Assembly (NCBI RefSeq): GCF_029688955.1
Contig: NZ_JARUKZ010000038.1
Source of the DNA: Cellulosispirillum alkaliphilum
Lineage (GTDB): Bacteria > Fibrobacterota > Chitinivibrionia > Chitinivibrionales > Chitinispirillaceae
Direction: 5' to 3' (one strand)
Length of the DNA: 42,247 nucleotides
Shown: positions 29,544 to 39,802 of the stretch, piece by piece
How the letters are laid out: every line of letters begins with the position of its first letter
Position numbering within the stretch: the stretch's first letter is position 1
Made by a program: the position numbers and the translations under genes
The notes under the pieces: model-generated
What the model was told of the DNA's origin: nothing
Databases searched by the model: none
The model's input: only the letters and a program-made list of their open reading frames with translations

Positions 29544-30542
29544 ATGAAACAGCCTGCATTACTTTTCTGCGCAATATCCCTGATATCAGCTTCAGTCATC
29601 GGGGTGAATCTGACGGCGGCAGATCTTTCGGAAAAGGGGTGGGATAATAAGAAAGGGGGAAGTAGTGCTCTTGAAGAAGACGTGACTGAAAGCACCACCA
29701 TAATTAGTGACCCCAAAAGCCACCCGTTCATCCATACAGATGATCCAGCTTTAACACTCAACTCTATTCAGCAGTCTCCGTCAGACACTACCCTGCCCGC
29801 TGACAGCAGCCAGGCTGAACCCATGCCTTTGTGGAAGGTTCCGGTAGACCAGGTATCCTGGCATCTGTTTTCAGACAGTGATGAAGGCTATAACAGTAGT
29901 GCGGAATGGATAGACCAAAGCAGTCGGGAAGTTCTTCTGACACCCAGGATAGGAAGAGATTATCCTTATTGCGGCTTTGGATTCATGTTTCCCGAGTACA
30001 AAAGTGACTTTACAAACTATGATGGATTTATAGTGTATGGGTTTTTCGAGCACGGCCGTGAATTCAGAGTTGATATCGCCATGAGTTCCATTACTGATTA
30101 TAACTATCACTCAAAAACAATTGCAGGAAGAGACGAAACTGTTTACACCTTTCGTTTTACGGACCTTTACCGGTCATGGGGACTCCCAATGGTGTTTGAC
30201 CCTTCATCCCTAATAAGCATCGGAATCAGTTACAATGAGATTACAGCCAGCGCTACTGCACGCATAGATTCGGTTCACTTTTTTAAACTGCCGGAAGAGA
30301 CAAGTGTTAAATCCTCTCTGAACAAGATAGCGAACCATACCTTCAGCTGGAAACGACATGGGCATAACTTTATCTGGATGGAAAACAAAAGCGTGAATCT
30401 GGTCTTATGTGATGCAAAAGGAAGAGTTTTTTGGCGGGGTGTTGCCAAGCCCAATGAGCGGCTTGTTCTTCCCAGATACAGAGGCCTTCAGTTTCTTATG
30501 ACATCCAATAAAAAGCTGATCGATCAGTGGACTATCTATTGA
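29544..30542 (+). CDS. Secreted protein with a domain paralogous to the periplasmic domain of the adjacent AraC regulator
   Basis: Signal peptide. 'VSWHLFSDSDEGYNSS...PYCGFGF...DGFIVYGF' aligns with 'ITWSAFDDNHESGNSK...PFAGLTM...DTLIIYMR' of the regulator. Confidence 0.65.
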   Translation: MKQPALLFCAISLISASVIGVNLTAADLSEKGWDNKKGGSSALEEDVTESTTIISDPKSHPFIHTDDPALTLNSIQQSPSDTTLPADSSQAEPMPLWKVPVDQVSWHLFSDSDEGYNSSAEWIDQSSREVLLTPRIGRDYPYCGFGFMFPEYKSDFTNYDGFIVYGFFEHGREFRVDIAMSSITDYNYHSKTIAGRDETVYTFRFTDLYRSWGLPMVFDPSSLISIGISYNEITASATARIDSVHFFKLPEETSVKSSLNKIANHTFSWKRHGHNFIWMENKSVNLVLCDAKGRVFWRGVAKPNERLVLPRYRGLQFLMTSNKKLIDQWTIY

Positions 30543-30680
30543 TCATATGATTTCAACCAGACAGTTACAGTGAGAAAACGGCTTACTGAGGAGTCGATGA
30601 GATTTTGGGGGGAAGAGTGACACGGTTTTTCGTCTTGGAAGATGGAGAGAAAGTGACCTGTGGTGGTGGAGAGTTGAAAA

Positions 30681-30920
30681 CTAATCATCAATGGCGATTC
30701 CTGATCCGTTTGGAACTGATTTGGATCGTACCCTTTTCAATGGTTCAAAAAGATACTCTAACCCATTCACCTTGATCTCATAAACCGCCCGAAGCATCTC
30801 ACCAAGTCCCCGCAGGAAATCTATGAGTAATAATCCCTTGTATTTCCCAAAGGGCATGGTGGTACGTGCAAGTTTTAGAAGATAGGATGGATCAGATATA
30901 GAGGATTCGGAGAATGGCAT
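30681..30920 (-). CDS. DUF3820-family small protein
   Basis: 'MPFGKYKGLLLIDF' motif. Confidence 0.6.
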   Translation of the reverse strand: MPFSESSISDPSYLLKLARTTMPFGKYKGLLLIDFLRGLGEMLRAVYEIKVNGLEYLFEPLKRVRSKSVPNGSGIAIDD

Positions 30921-32097
30921 GTATTCTGTTCCATGGAAAAAGGTTGGGGATAAATTTACATGTTGCTGTGAAGGAGGGGTCTATGTCTTTAAAGGCGATG
31001 GCAAGAGTCCTTCTTCTGATATACCGTTGCTATGGTATGGGATATATCTCCGATCTTCCATCTTCTCATATGCGGGAGCTAAAAAGGAAACGGTGACCGT
31101 CTATGCTGTAATCGGTTGGTTTTATTCTTGGAAGGGACGACAGAAGAAAATATTAGAGACTCGTATCTTTTACAAACATGTAATTTGTATTGCACACATC
31201 ATGAACGACTGGACTCATTTCAATTCCGATATTTACATTCCATAAAGCATTAGATTCCATGCTAAACCGGTAAAGGGTCATATTTTTATGCAGATAATAT
31301 TCGTTTTAGCTTACATAATCACTAAAAATTTTCTACAGTGACAATAGATATTTTTTTGCAGTTTGCTGTTCATATAAGCCATCAAGCATAGATATTGAAT
31401 ATGTAACACCTCAGGATCTATGTTCTGCTTTGATAGGTTTCCTCTAATTATATTTTGATATCTGATTCTGATATTTTTATCAATCTATTGCAAGAACCTC
31501 CCACCCACCACCTCAATCCTTGCAACACGAAACCCATTCGGTATAGCCCAAAGGAGCGATTTCGGGTGCCACAATGACCACAAAGGGGTATCTGATAGCG
31601 GGTTGCAGATGCACTGAGGTGATTTTTCACGTGGAATAAACAAAACCAGACATATACACTACAGGAAATAGAAGTAAATGAAATAGTATAAATTTTGGGC
31701 TGTTCTTCCGATCATGGTAAACCACAATGGAAAAGATTCTTTCTATATCAGTTAAAGGACATTCAAACCTATCACCCAGAAGCAACCATGCCTCTTACCC
31801 ACTCACCTCTTGTAGTAGCTATCTTACATCGGATCAATAATACAAGCAGTTCTTGGCCAAATCATTCAGGGGTAAAACTTGTGGTCACCGATGACGATGC
31901 CCCCAAAAAAAACACCCTTTGTACCCTCTACAGTGTACCCCTAAACACGTTTGCACCCAAAAAACCCATTACAACAAGGTACAGTCGCCTGCCGTAGTAA
32001 CTCATTGGTTTGCCGACTATTGCATAACATTTAGCTCGTCCCCAACGTCTCTGGGCTCATTTTTCCCCAAAAACTCTTTGACACCGCAGCGAAATTG

Positions 32098-32120
32098 TAG
32101 TATTATTGTAGTGTACTAGT
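32098..32120. promoter_or_regulatory. Direct repeat ATTGTAGT(ATT)ATTGTAGT followed by GTACTAG, about 40 bp upstream of the gntR start. Candidate operator.
   Basis: Read directly: 'aaattgtagtattattgtagtgtactag'. Confidence 0.3.
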
Positions 32121-32154
32121 TCTCTATAACAATACAACACAGGAGTAAGCAGCC

Positions 32155-32559
32155 TTGGCGTTTACTTTCACTCTCAGCAACTCAAGCGGTGTGCCCTACT
32201 ATCGCCAAATCGTTAACCAGGTGATGTACGCAGTAGCTAACGGCATGCTTAAACCCGGAGAACGCCTCCCTACCGTACGCCAGCTCGCAGTGGACCTGCA
32301 GGTCAATCTAAACACTATAGTAAAAGCGTACGGCGAACTTGAAATACGTGGGGTAGTTAACACTCAGCAGGGCACCGGAACCTTTGTTTCTGAATGCGGA
32401 ACCCAAATCGATCCAAAGGAAAAGCAGAAGGGGATAGAAAGGCTTTGCTTTCAATTCCTTGACGAAATTGCCGCAATGTCGGTAAGTACCGATGAAGTTA
32501 TCACCACACTTAAGAGAATAATTAAAGAGCGAACAAAAAACCGGAAAGGGGATATATAA
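32155..32559 (+). CDS. GntR-family (YtrA subfamily) transcriptional regulator
   Basis: TTG start with AGGAG RBS. 'GERLPTVRQLAVDLQVNLNTIVKAYGELEIRGVV' is a GntR HTH. The short C-terminal effector domain is typical of YtrA. Confidence 0.8.
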   Translation: MAFTFTLSNSSGVPYYRQIVNQVMYAVANGMLKPGERLPTVRQLAVDLQVNLNTIVKAYGELEIRGVVNTQQGTGTFVSECGTQIDPKEKQKGIERLCFQFLDEIAAMSVSTDEVITTLKRIIKERTKNRKGDI

Positions 32560-32560
32560 A

Positions 32561-33511
32561 ATGGCTATTAAAAGAGAGTACAGAGAGAGCCGGGATTTCA
32601 ATCCAGTACTAAGTACCGTAAAAAAACACACCTTTGCTCTTCAGCGCTATATCATTAACCTGCTGCTTTTGGCAATTGCTGTAGCCCTCTTTTATGTATC
32701 ACAGGCACAGACCAATCACTACGGGTTAGTCTTAGGAGTTGCAGCCGCACTTTTTTTCGCTGCATCGTTAAGTGCTCGTATTGCTTTTGAATGGGAGCGT
32801 GTACCACTGCTTAGGTTTGGATGTTTCAGAAAAACAAAGGGTCCGGGGTTATTCTTTGTCATACCATTTGTGGATGTTCCCTGCGGCTATATTGATTGCA
32901 GAATATCGGTCACGGATTTCTCTGCCGAAAAGGTGCTTACAAAGGATGCCGTTCCAATCTTTTTTGACGCGATCATTTTCTGGATGATATGGGATGCCGC
33001 AAAGGCAAAACTTGAAGTCGAGAATTTCAGTGCTGCTGTTCCACTGAGCGCGAAAACTGCCTTAAGAGATATTATCGGTAAAACCACTCTGGCGGAACTT
33101 TTAACTAACCGCGATGAAATAGGCCAGGAGTTGCAAAAAATCCTCGACGCCAAAACGAATCCCTGGGGCATCACCTCCCTTTCCGTTGAGATAAAGGATA
33201 TAGTAGTACCACAGGAGCTTGAGGATGCCATAAGCAGGGAAGCCCAGGCAGAACGTGAAAGAAGCGCACGCGTAATCCTTGGTTCAGCTGAAATCGAACT
33301 TGCGGAAAAGTATTCTAAGGCTGCGGAAAAATACAAAGGCAATGAGGAAGCAATGACCCTCAGGTCTTTAAACCTCCTGCTTGACTCGGTCAAAAACAAG
33401 GGTTCGATGATACTTGTCCCTTCAGAAGTGCCCCATCTTATGAATAAGGCAGTCGCGGCCGCTATGGCTAAAAACGGTAACCGCATTGAGGAAGATAGTT
33501 TGGAAGTATAA
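32561..33511 (+). CDS. SPFH/band-7 (stomatin/prohibitin-like) domain membrane protein
   Basis: TM segments, then 'FGCFRKTKGPGLFFVIPFVDV...VLTKDAVPIFFDAIIFW', then a coiled-coil tail. The start is 2 nt after the gntR stop. Confidence 0.8.
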   Translation: MAIKREYRESRDFNPVLSTVKKHTFALQRYIINLLLLAIAVALFYVSQAQTNHYGLVLGVAAALFFAASLSARIAFEWERVPLLRFGCFRKTKGPGLFFVIPFVDVPCGYIDCRISVTDFSAEKVLTKDAVPIFFDAIIFWMIWDAAKAKLEVENFSAAVPLSAKTALRDIIGKTTLAELLTNRDEIGQELQKILDAKTNPWGITSLSVEIKDIVVPQELEDAISREAQAERERSARVILGSAEIELAEKYSKAAEKYKGNEEAMTLRSLNLLLDSVKNKGSMILVPSEVPHLMNKAVAAAMAKNGNRIEEDSLEV

Positions 33512-33549
33512 CCCAATATCGATAACAATCCAAGCAACAGGAGCGCGCC

Positions 33550-36504
33550 TTGAAACTCAGAGACAGGTTTTTTGAAACGCTATCAAATGTGGTGACTCAT
33601 CACGCAGGCACAGTTCTTTTGACTTGTGTAATCCTGACTATTGTACTGCTTGCTTCAGCCACCCGTTTGGGAATAAAAACGCAGTTTGCCGATATGATGC
33701 CCGATGACATTCCAATGATCCAGGAGTATATGGAGATCATTGAAGATTATTCATCTGATGCAACGGTAATGATTACAATAGAAAATGACCAGCTGAATCT
33801 TGATCGTATGCAGGAAGTCGCTCAGGATTTAGCAGCTCGTTTAAGCACTATACATTTGCTTCAACCCAAAGAAGATCAGTCTTTGACACTGGGGCAGCGT
33901 TTCGCGCTCTTTCAGGGCCAATTTCCATCAAACATTGATTATGACACACTAAACCTCGTACGGCGAATAGACTATAAAATCGACAGAGAATTCATCTCTT
34001 CACACGGAATGATGGCTCAGGAAACAAAAGACCTGGAAAACATGCTCACCATGTACAGCTCTCTTTCACTTACAAATCTGATTCAGAACATAAACGACAA
34101 TTTTGAAAAGGAGTTTATTGATGATTCAGATAACATTACCACGCTAAATGGTGAGGAGCAGGCCGTGCAGGGGCTTGAGGGAATAAGTCGTTTCCTTGAA
34201 AGCATCGACATTTACTTAGAGCAAAGGGACTCTGTTGCGGTGGCAGGTGCTATAGCGGATTTCATAACCGGACCTCAGTATATGATTTCCTCAGATAACA
34301 GCATGCTCCTTATGATGCTTCACCCATCGGTAAGCTTCAATGAATTTGAAGAGATTATGTATCTGGGCTACCGAATTGATGATACTCTAACGGTGGTAAG
34401 TGAACTTTATCCCGATGTCCGGATAAACCGCACCGGTCTGATGATGATGCAGATTGATGAAAATAACGCTCTCGCAGAAGACTTCGCCTGGCCCAGTGTT
34501 ATTGCGTTAGGATTAATTCTGATTCTTCTTATTGGTGCATTTAAGGACTGGAAACATCCGTTGTTTGCTGTTATAACGCTAATGGTTGGAATACTATGGA
34601 CAGCAGGTATTCTGGCCAGCGTCTTTCGGTATCTCAATATTATGTCTGCTGGCTTTGGGATAGTGCTTGTTGGGCTTGGGATCGACTTTGGCATACATTT
34701 TATTTCAGGTTTTCGCGACGGACGAGAACAGGGCATGTCGGTTAGCGAATCGCTGAAGTTTATGTATAATCGTGTAGGCGCCGGAGTTATAACTGGAGCG
34801 CTTACTACTGCCATAGTGTTCTTCTGTCTGCAATTTACACGCTTTGAGGCATATTCACAGTTAGGTATCTCAACCGGCATTGGGATCATAGCGGTTCTTT
34901 TGGTACAGATGATTATGCTTCCTGCTCTGATTGTATGGGACAATAAAGGATATTCACTCAGTGCTACTATCCTACGGAAGCTACGCTTAGGTTTTCTGGT
35001 GAATGCGTGGAAATGTATGTGGGGCGCTGTCTTTTGCTTCTTTACTTTGCCTGTTTTTACCTGGATCTGTCGTCCGCTGCGGTTTAGGTTTCTTGCGACT
35101 TCGGGCACAATACTGGGAAAAGTTCCGGTCGCGATAATGGTTCTTATAGTATCAGCTGTGCTTATCGTTTTTTCTGTTCGTGCAGGTTTCAATATGGAAT
35201 GGGAATATGACTTTATGAAGCTTCAACCCGCGGGGACACCCAGTCAAATTACACAAAACAATATTCTGGAAAAATTTGAATTCTCTCCCGATTATGCTAT
35301 GGTAAAAGCAGGGGATCTCGATGAGTGCCGAAGCCTTGTGGAAGAGTTTCGAAAAATTGGTGACCGCACGGGCCTTATAGCTTCTGTTGATGCGATAACC
35401 GAATTTATTCCCGAAGAATCGGCGCAGTTGAAAAACGCGGAGCTGATTGATTCATTCAGAGTAAATCTACTAGCGGCGGAAGTAAATGATATGAATCACA
35501 ACGATGTTGAGCTACTTGAAAATGAACTCCTCCGTTTGCATCAAAACATAGTAGAAATAGGTGAAATGTCTGTTTTATCCCTTGGGGAAGATAATAAAAT
35601 AGTGCGTAAATGTGATCAGATCGCAGGGGCAATGGATGAAGACAGTTATGTGTTGGCTCTTTCTGAAAGAATAATAGCTTCCGCGGATGACCTTTCGGTC
35701 CTTAACAGCTTTCAGAAAAGCTCATCTGAAATAATCAGGGAAAAGTTACTTTCCATGTCCAACACAGATCTTATATCATTTGAAACTATTCCCGAAAGCA
35801 TTCGGGAACGCTATGTAAACCCCAATAACAACGATCTGTTAATAAACATATTTCCCAGGGGATATATCTGGGAAGAACAGAGACTACAAACGTTTAATGA
35901 CTATACATCCCGGGTAAGCGAACGCACAACAGGAATGCCCGCAATTATCCAGCTAATGATGGATCTAATGGCAGAAAAGGGCAGAGACGCTGTAATTATC
36001 GGTTCAATTGCTATACTGCTATTTCTGTTAATTGATTTTAGATCACTCAAATTTACCCTGCTTGCATCTGTACCTCTAGCTGTTGGCGCGGTTTTTATGG
36101 TAGGTATGATGGCTGTGACAGGAATGAAGCTCAGTATAATGAATTTTGTAGCACTACCGTTAATCATTGGAATCGGTATTGATGATGGTGTCCATATGCT
36201 CCACCGATACAGAATAGAAGGCAGAGCTTCGGTTCCACTTGTACTTAAAACTACCGGTCGCGCCATTTTACTTACCTCACTTACTACGATGATCGGGTTT
36301 GGCTCTATGGGTTTGGCTTCCCATGTGGGTATAGCGATGTTTGGACTGACTCTTTTCTATGGAGTCGCGGCTTGTTTCATAAGCAGTGCCTATGTTCTAC
36401 CCGCTGTTATCACCATAGGAGAATCTCTTTCAACAAAAAAACCGGGCAAAAACAAAACCATCACTAACGACTCTGTTCCTGAGAGGAGGAAAGAATGTAT
36501 CTGA
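33550..36504 (+). CDS. MMPL-family (RND superfamily) exporter with 12 TM segments and two large periplasmic loops
   Basis: TTG start with AGGAG RBS. Two homologous halves, each with a TM bundle and 'GIGIDxGIH'/'GIGIDDGVH' motifs. 984 aa. Confidence 0.85.
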   Translation: MKLRDRFFETLSNVVTHHAGTVLLTCVILTIVLLASATRLGIKTQFADMMPDDIPMIQEYMEIIEDYSSDATVMITIENDQLNLDRMQEVAQDLAARLSTIHLLQPKEDQSLTLGQRFALFQGQFPSNIDYDTLNLVRRIDYKIDREFISSHGMMAQETKDLENMLTMYSSLSLTNLIQNINDNFEKEFIDDSDNITTLNGEEQAVQGLEGISRFLESIDIYLEQRDSVAVAGAIADFITGPQYMISSDNSMLLMMLHPSVSFNEFEEIMYLGYRIDDTLTVVSELYPDVRINRTGLMMMQIDENNALAEDFAWPSVIALGLILILLIGAFKDWKHPLFAVITLMVGILWTAGILASVFRYLNIMSAGFGIVLVGLGIDFGIHFISGFRDGREQGMSVSESLKFMYNRVGAGVITGALTTAIVFFCLQFTRFEAYSQLGISTGIGIIAVLLVQMIMLPALIVWDNKGYSLSATILRKLRLGFLVNAWKCMWGAVFCFFTLPVFTWICRPLRFRFLATSGTILGKVPVAIMVLIVSAVLIVFSVRAGFNMEWEYDFMKLQPAGTPSQITQNNILEKFEFSPDYAMVKAGDLDECRSLVEEFRKIGDRTGLIASVDAITEFIPEESAQLKNAELIDSFRVNLLAAEVNDMNHNDVELLENELLRLHQNIVEIGEMSVLSLGEDNKIVRKCDQIAGAMDEDSYVLALSERIIASADDLSVLNSFQKSSSEIIREKLLSMSNTDLISFETIPESIRERYVNPNNNDLLINIFPRGYIWEEQRLQTFNDYTSRVSERTTGMPAIIQLMMDLMAEKGRDAVIIGSIAILLFLLIDFRSLKFTLLASVPLAVGAVFMVGMMAVTGMKLSIMNFVALPLIIGIGIDDGVHMLHRYRIEGRASVPLVLKTTGRAILLTSLTTMIGFGSMGLASHVGIAMFGLTLFYGVAACFISSAYVLPAVITIGESLSTKKPGKNKTITNDSVPERRKECI

Positions 36505-37232
36505 AACTCGCGACACTTATTGGTATTACCGCATTCAGCAGCTTTGCTTTAACCGTTGATGAGATCTTGGACAAAGCAGAAGCAAACCAGAACCCTCAAA
36601 CCTCCCGCTCAGAGGTAACCCAAACTGTTATTCAGGCCAATGGCCGGGAAAATGTTTCGAGACTCGTAAGCTATTCGATGAATGAGGGTGAAAAAAGCCT
36701 TATGGAATATATTGAACCCGCGCGTATCAGAGGGATGAAAATTCTTATGCTCAATGATGGTGATGACATATGGTTTTATTCTCCCAGAACATCCCGCGTG
36801 CGACGAATTGCAAGCCATCAGAGAAATCAGTCCATAAATAACTCCGACTTTAGTTATGAAGACTTGTCTCCAAAAGACATGAGGGAAAACTACACTGTTA
36901 CCCTGAAGGGTGAAGAAACTATAGATGGAGTCAACTGCTATAAACTCCTGGCCTTACCCAAAACCGATGATGTTTCATATGCTAAAACTATCAGTTGGAT
37001 CGATAAAGAGCGCTTTATTCCGGTCAAGATGCATTTTTTTGATGAAGACAATACACTCTGGAAAAAACTTACTGTAGACAGTGCGCAAAAAGTGGGAGAG
37101 TACTGGAGTTTTAACAGGGTAACAATGAAAGATCTTCTAAGAGGCAGTAAGACTATTATGGAAATGGACAAAATTGAAAACGATATCACCATTGATGAAA
37201 ACATGTTTTCTGAACGATATCTTAGCAGGTAA
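36495..37232 (+). CDS. LolA-like outer-membrane lipoprotein-sorting-fold protein (DUF1329/LolA_like family)
   Basis: Signal peptide. 'ILMLNDGDDIWFYSPRTSRVRRIA...NSDFSYEDL' motif. It overlaps the MMPL stop by 10 nt. Confidence 0.65.
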   Translation: MYLKLATLIGITAFSSFALTVDEILDKAEANQNPQTSRSEVTQTVIQANGRENVSRLVSYSMNEGEKSLMEYIEPARIRGMKILMLNDGDDIWFYSPRTSRVRRIASHQRNQSINNSDFSYEDLSPKDMRENYTVTLKGEETIDGVNCYKLLALPKTDDVSYAKTISWIDKERFIPVKMHFFDEDNTLWKKLTVDSAQKVGEYWSFNRVTMKDLLRGSKTIMEMDKIENDITIDENMFSERYLSR

Positions 37233-37246
37233 GTTGGGGGGACATT

Positions 37247-38536
37247 ATGAAATATTTACACATTTTTATTATGGTAATTTTCGTATTTACCTGTACACTA
37301 TTCGCCTCAGATCTTAGGTTTGGCGGTTATCTTCAAAACAGAACGACTCTCACCCTTGCAGATGAAGAGATTATTTCAGACATTGCGCAGGCAAGGCTTG
37401 AAGGAACCTGGAACTACGGCCAATGGGGTGGAATAGAAACACACGTTCTTGTTTCCGGTGCGCTGCGACCTCTTGATCCTTTTGAAACAGTTCGAAGTGG
37501 CTCAGTTATGGACAGAGCTCTTCAGGAACTCCTGGCTCCATTGTTAACCGAAGCAATACAGATACTTAAAGAGCAATTTCCAGATTCAGATGCGACAGGT
37601 AATCAACAACTACTAACTGATGAGGTGTTTGAATCAATTATAAGGTATCTTCCCTATTCAACTTTTTTTCCTTCGGATAAAACAGTTCTGGACCGGGCAC
37701 TGATAAAGGCCTACTTCAGTCCATTTGATCTGTTTATTGGTCGTCAAATGATTGCCTGGGGTACCGGTTATGCCTTTAACCCGACAGATATCTGGAATCA
37801 AAAAAGCCCATTGGATCCCGAGGCACCCAGACTTGGCGTTAATGCCCTGAGAGCAGAGATACCGCTGGGAATGTTATCAGGGGTTTCACTTGTCGTGTCC
37901 CCGGGCAGAGATTTTGCTCACTCCAGTGGCGGCATACGAGTAAAAACAAACGTCGCGGGGTATGATATGTCTATAAGTGGAATGCGAATAATGAACGCCG
38001 ACAGAGCTCTTTTGGGGCTGCCAGGGAAATTTATGGCTGGTGTTGATCTGGCCGGTGAAATCGGGAATATTGGTATATGGGCTGAAGCAGCCTTTAACAA
38101 TCCCGTTTACGAAGAAATGGAATACAAAGATCTGGATTCCAGTTACTTCCAAGTAGACCTTGGCTTTGACTACACTTTTAATAACGGTGTCTATACAATC
38201 CTTGAATACTACTTCAATGGTCTTGGGCAGGATACTAAGGAAGATTATAACTCAAGAGACCTGATTCACCTATTAACCGGAGAAATGGCCGGATTTGCAA
38301 AGCACTACCTCTTTGGTGGTGTAAGCTATACTTTTTCGAATCAGTTTGACTTTTCTGCTTTCGTGCTGGGTAATTTGGTCGATCACTCCGCGATGCTTTT
38401 ACCCTCAATCAAATATTTGGTAAGTGATAACATTACCATAGAAACAGGTGCGCAGATCGGCATAGGAGATAAAAACCTAAGCGAATTTGGAGGGCTTTTT
38501 CCAAACTTTCTGCTAACCGCTAAGGGGTATTTTTAA
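37247..38536 (+). CDS. Outer-membrane beta-barrel protein (possibly DUF1302-like) partnered with the MMPL exporter
   Basis: Signal peptide. Alternating beta-strands. C-terminal '...LLTAKGYF' with a terminal aromatic residue. Confidence 0.55.
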   Translation: MKYLHIFIMVIFVFTCTLFASDLRFGGYLQNRTTLTLADEEIISDIAQARLEGTWNYGQWGGIETHVLVSGALRPLDPFETVRSGSVMDRALQELLAPLLTEAIQILKEQFPDSDATGNQQLLTDEVFESIIRYLPYSTFFPSDKTVLDRALIKAYFSPFDLFIGRQMIAWGTGYAFNPTDIWNQKSPLDPEAPRLGVNALRAEIPLGMLSGVSLVVSPGRDFAHSSGGIRVKTNVAGYDMSISGMRIMNADRALLGLPGKFMAGVDLAGEIGNIGIWAEAAFNNPVYEEMEYKDLDSSYFQVDLGFDYTFNNGVYTILEYYFNGLGQDTKEDYNSRDLIHLLTGEMAGFAKHYLFGGVSYTFSNQFDFSAFVLGNLVDHSAMLLPSIKYLVSDNITIETGAQIGIGDKNLSEFGGLFPNFLLTAKGYF

Positions 38537-39200
38537 GGGGATTACAAATTTGCCCCATAATAGTGAATCCATTATTTGCGCTTCCACTGTACCCTTCGTC
38601 TCCGCTCAGGGGTACAGTCAGGGAATTGCGTCTGTCATGGTGGCAAGCAGCGCGTCTGCAAGCACCCCGGTACAGGTTCAGGAGAAGGATTGACATATCA
38701 ACCACCACCACTCTTGTCCAAAACAGGATAAATGAACTAGGGTTAAGGGTAAACGCTCCGCAATTACCCTGGATAATGTCTTGATCACAACTGAATGAAT
38801 TGCGGAACTTCTAAACGCGAAGCGTTTACCTCTGTTCACCCTTCGCAGTAGTCTGTTATGGAGAACGGGCGCTCTTTGCGTTTTAAAATCTCCTTTTTCA
38901 CCCGTCCCGACCTTTGGGCCTGAATCAATAATCCGTTTCCAAAAGAGGGGGAGGCTGATGTAAAGGTGGAGCAAGTGGCTTTAGCATTCGCTCAATTTGG
39001 ACAGCATATTAAATGAAAAGAATGGGTCGGTTTTTGAAATGAAGTAAAAATGCTCATAATTGAATCAAAATTATCACCATATATCTATATTACCCATCTC
39101 CTGACTGTTCCCCCCATTTCTAATTCCCCTATTATATATTTTCACATCTTTACCCCATAGACGAAATACCTCTATAACGAACAGAAAGGGGAACATCAAT

Positions 39201-39725
39201 TTGAAAAAATTAGTACTCTACACCGTCATACTTTCAATTTTTATGTACTTTTTCCTGGTGGGAGGCAATTTGTTCGGTACTCATCAGGACATCTTTTCGA
39301 TTATTGAACATGCATGCACCCATATGCAAGGCGGCCCGTATGAACACATTAGGGCTCAGGGTGAAGGCATGGGGCCAGGCGCGAACAATCCGCACACCCG
39401 GTATGAGATCGAGCTCATTGCTGTTGAAGAGGATAATAAATGGGGCGGAAATGTCCATTTTAGTGCATCAGGGCATAATGACTACCTTATTACACTGGAC
39501 TCTGAGATACCTTTAACACTGAAACAAAACGGAGCTATCGTAGAACCAAACGTGGTGTTCTCTTCGGAGGAGATTACAAGTAAAAGCAACTGTCCGCTTA
39601 TCAAAAAAGCCTACCTTTTTACTCTCGAAATAGGCAAAACACTACTGGATTTTGGCCCCGGCACACTTAGTTCTGTTCAAATGATAATCGAGAAGGCCCA
39701 TGGCGACCAGCCACATAATCACTAA
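39201..39725 (+). CDS. His-rich membrane-anchored hypothetical protein
   Basis: TTG start with AAAGGGGA RBS. N-terminal TM segment. Multiple His/Gly motifs ('HACTHMQGGPYEH', C-terminal 'HGDQPHNH'). Confidence 0.5.
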   Translation: MKKLVLYTVILSIFMYFFLVGGNLFGTHQDIFSIIEHACTHMQGGPYEHIRAQGEGMGPGANNPHTRYEIELIAVEEDNKWGGNVHFSASGHNDYLITLDSEIPLTLKQNGAIVEPNVVFSSEEITSKSNCPLIKKAYLFTLEIGKTLLDFGPGTLSSVQMIIEKAHGDQPHNH

Positions 39726-39761
39726 TGATGCAAAAACGATTGGAATTGTGAGGGTAGGATA

Positions 39762-39799
39762 CAAAAAAGGCTCCCCGGGGTTACCAGGAAGCCTTTTTT
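39762..39799. terminator. Bidirectional rho-independent terminator between the hypothetical gene and tRNA-Ser
   Basis: AAAAAA-GGCTCC...GGAAGCC-TTTTTT hairpin with flanking A and T tracts. Confidence 0.7.
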
Positions 39800-39802
39800 A
39801 GA

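Noticed and set aside
34407-35192. 261-aa ORF antisense to the MMPL transporter
   Set aside because: It lies inside a strongly supported 984-aa gene. Its composition is Pro/Arg/Thr-rich and typical of antisense frames.
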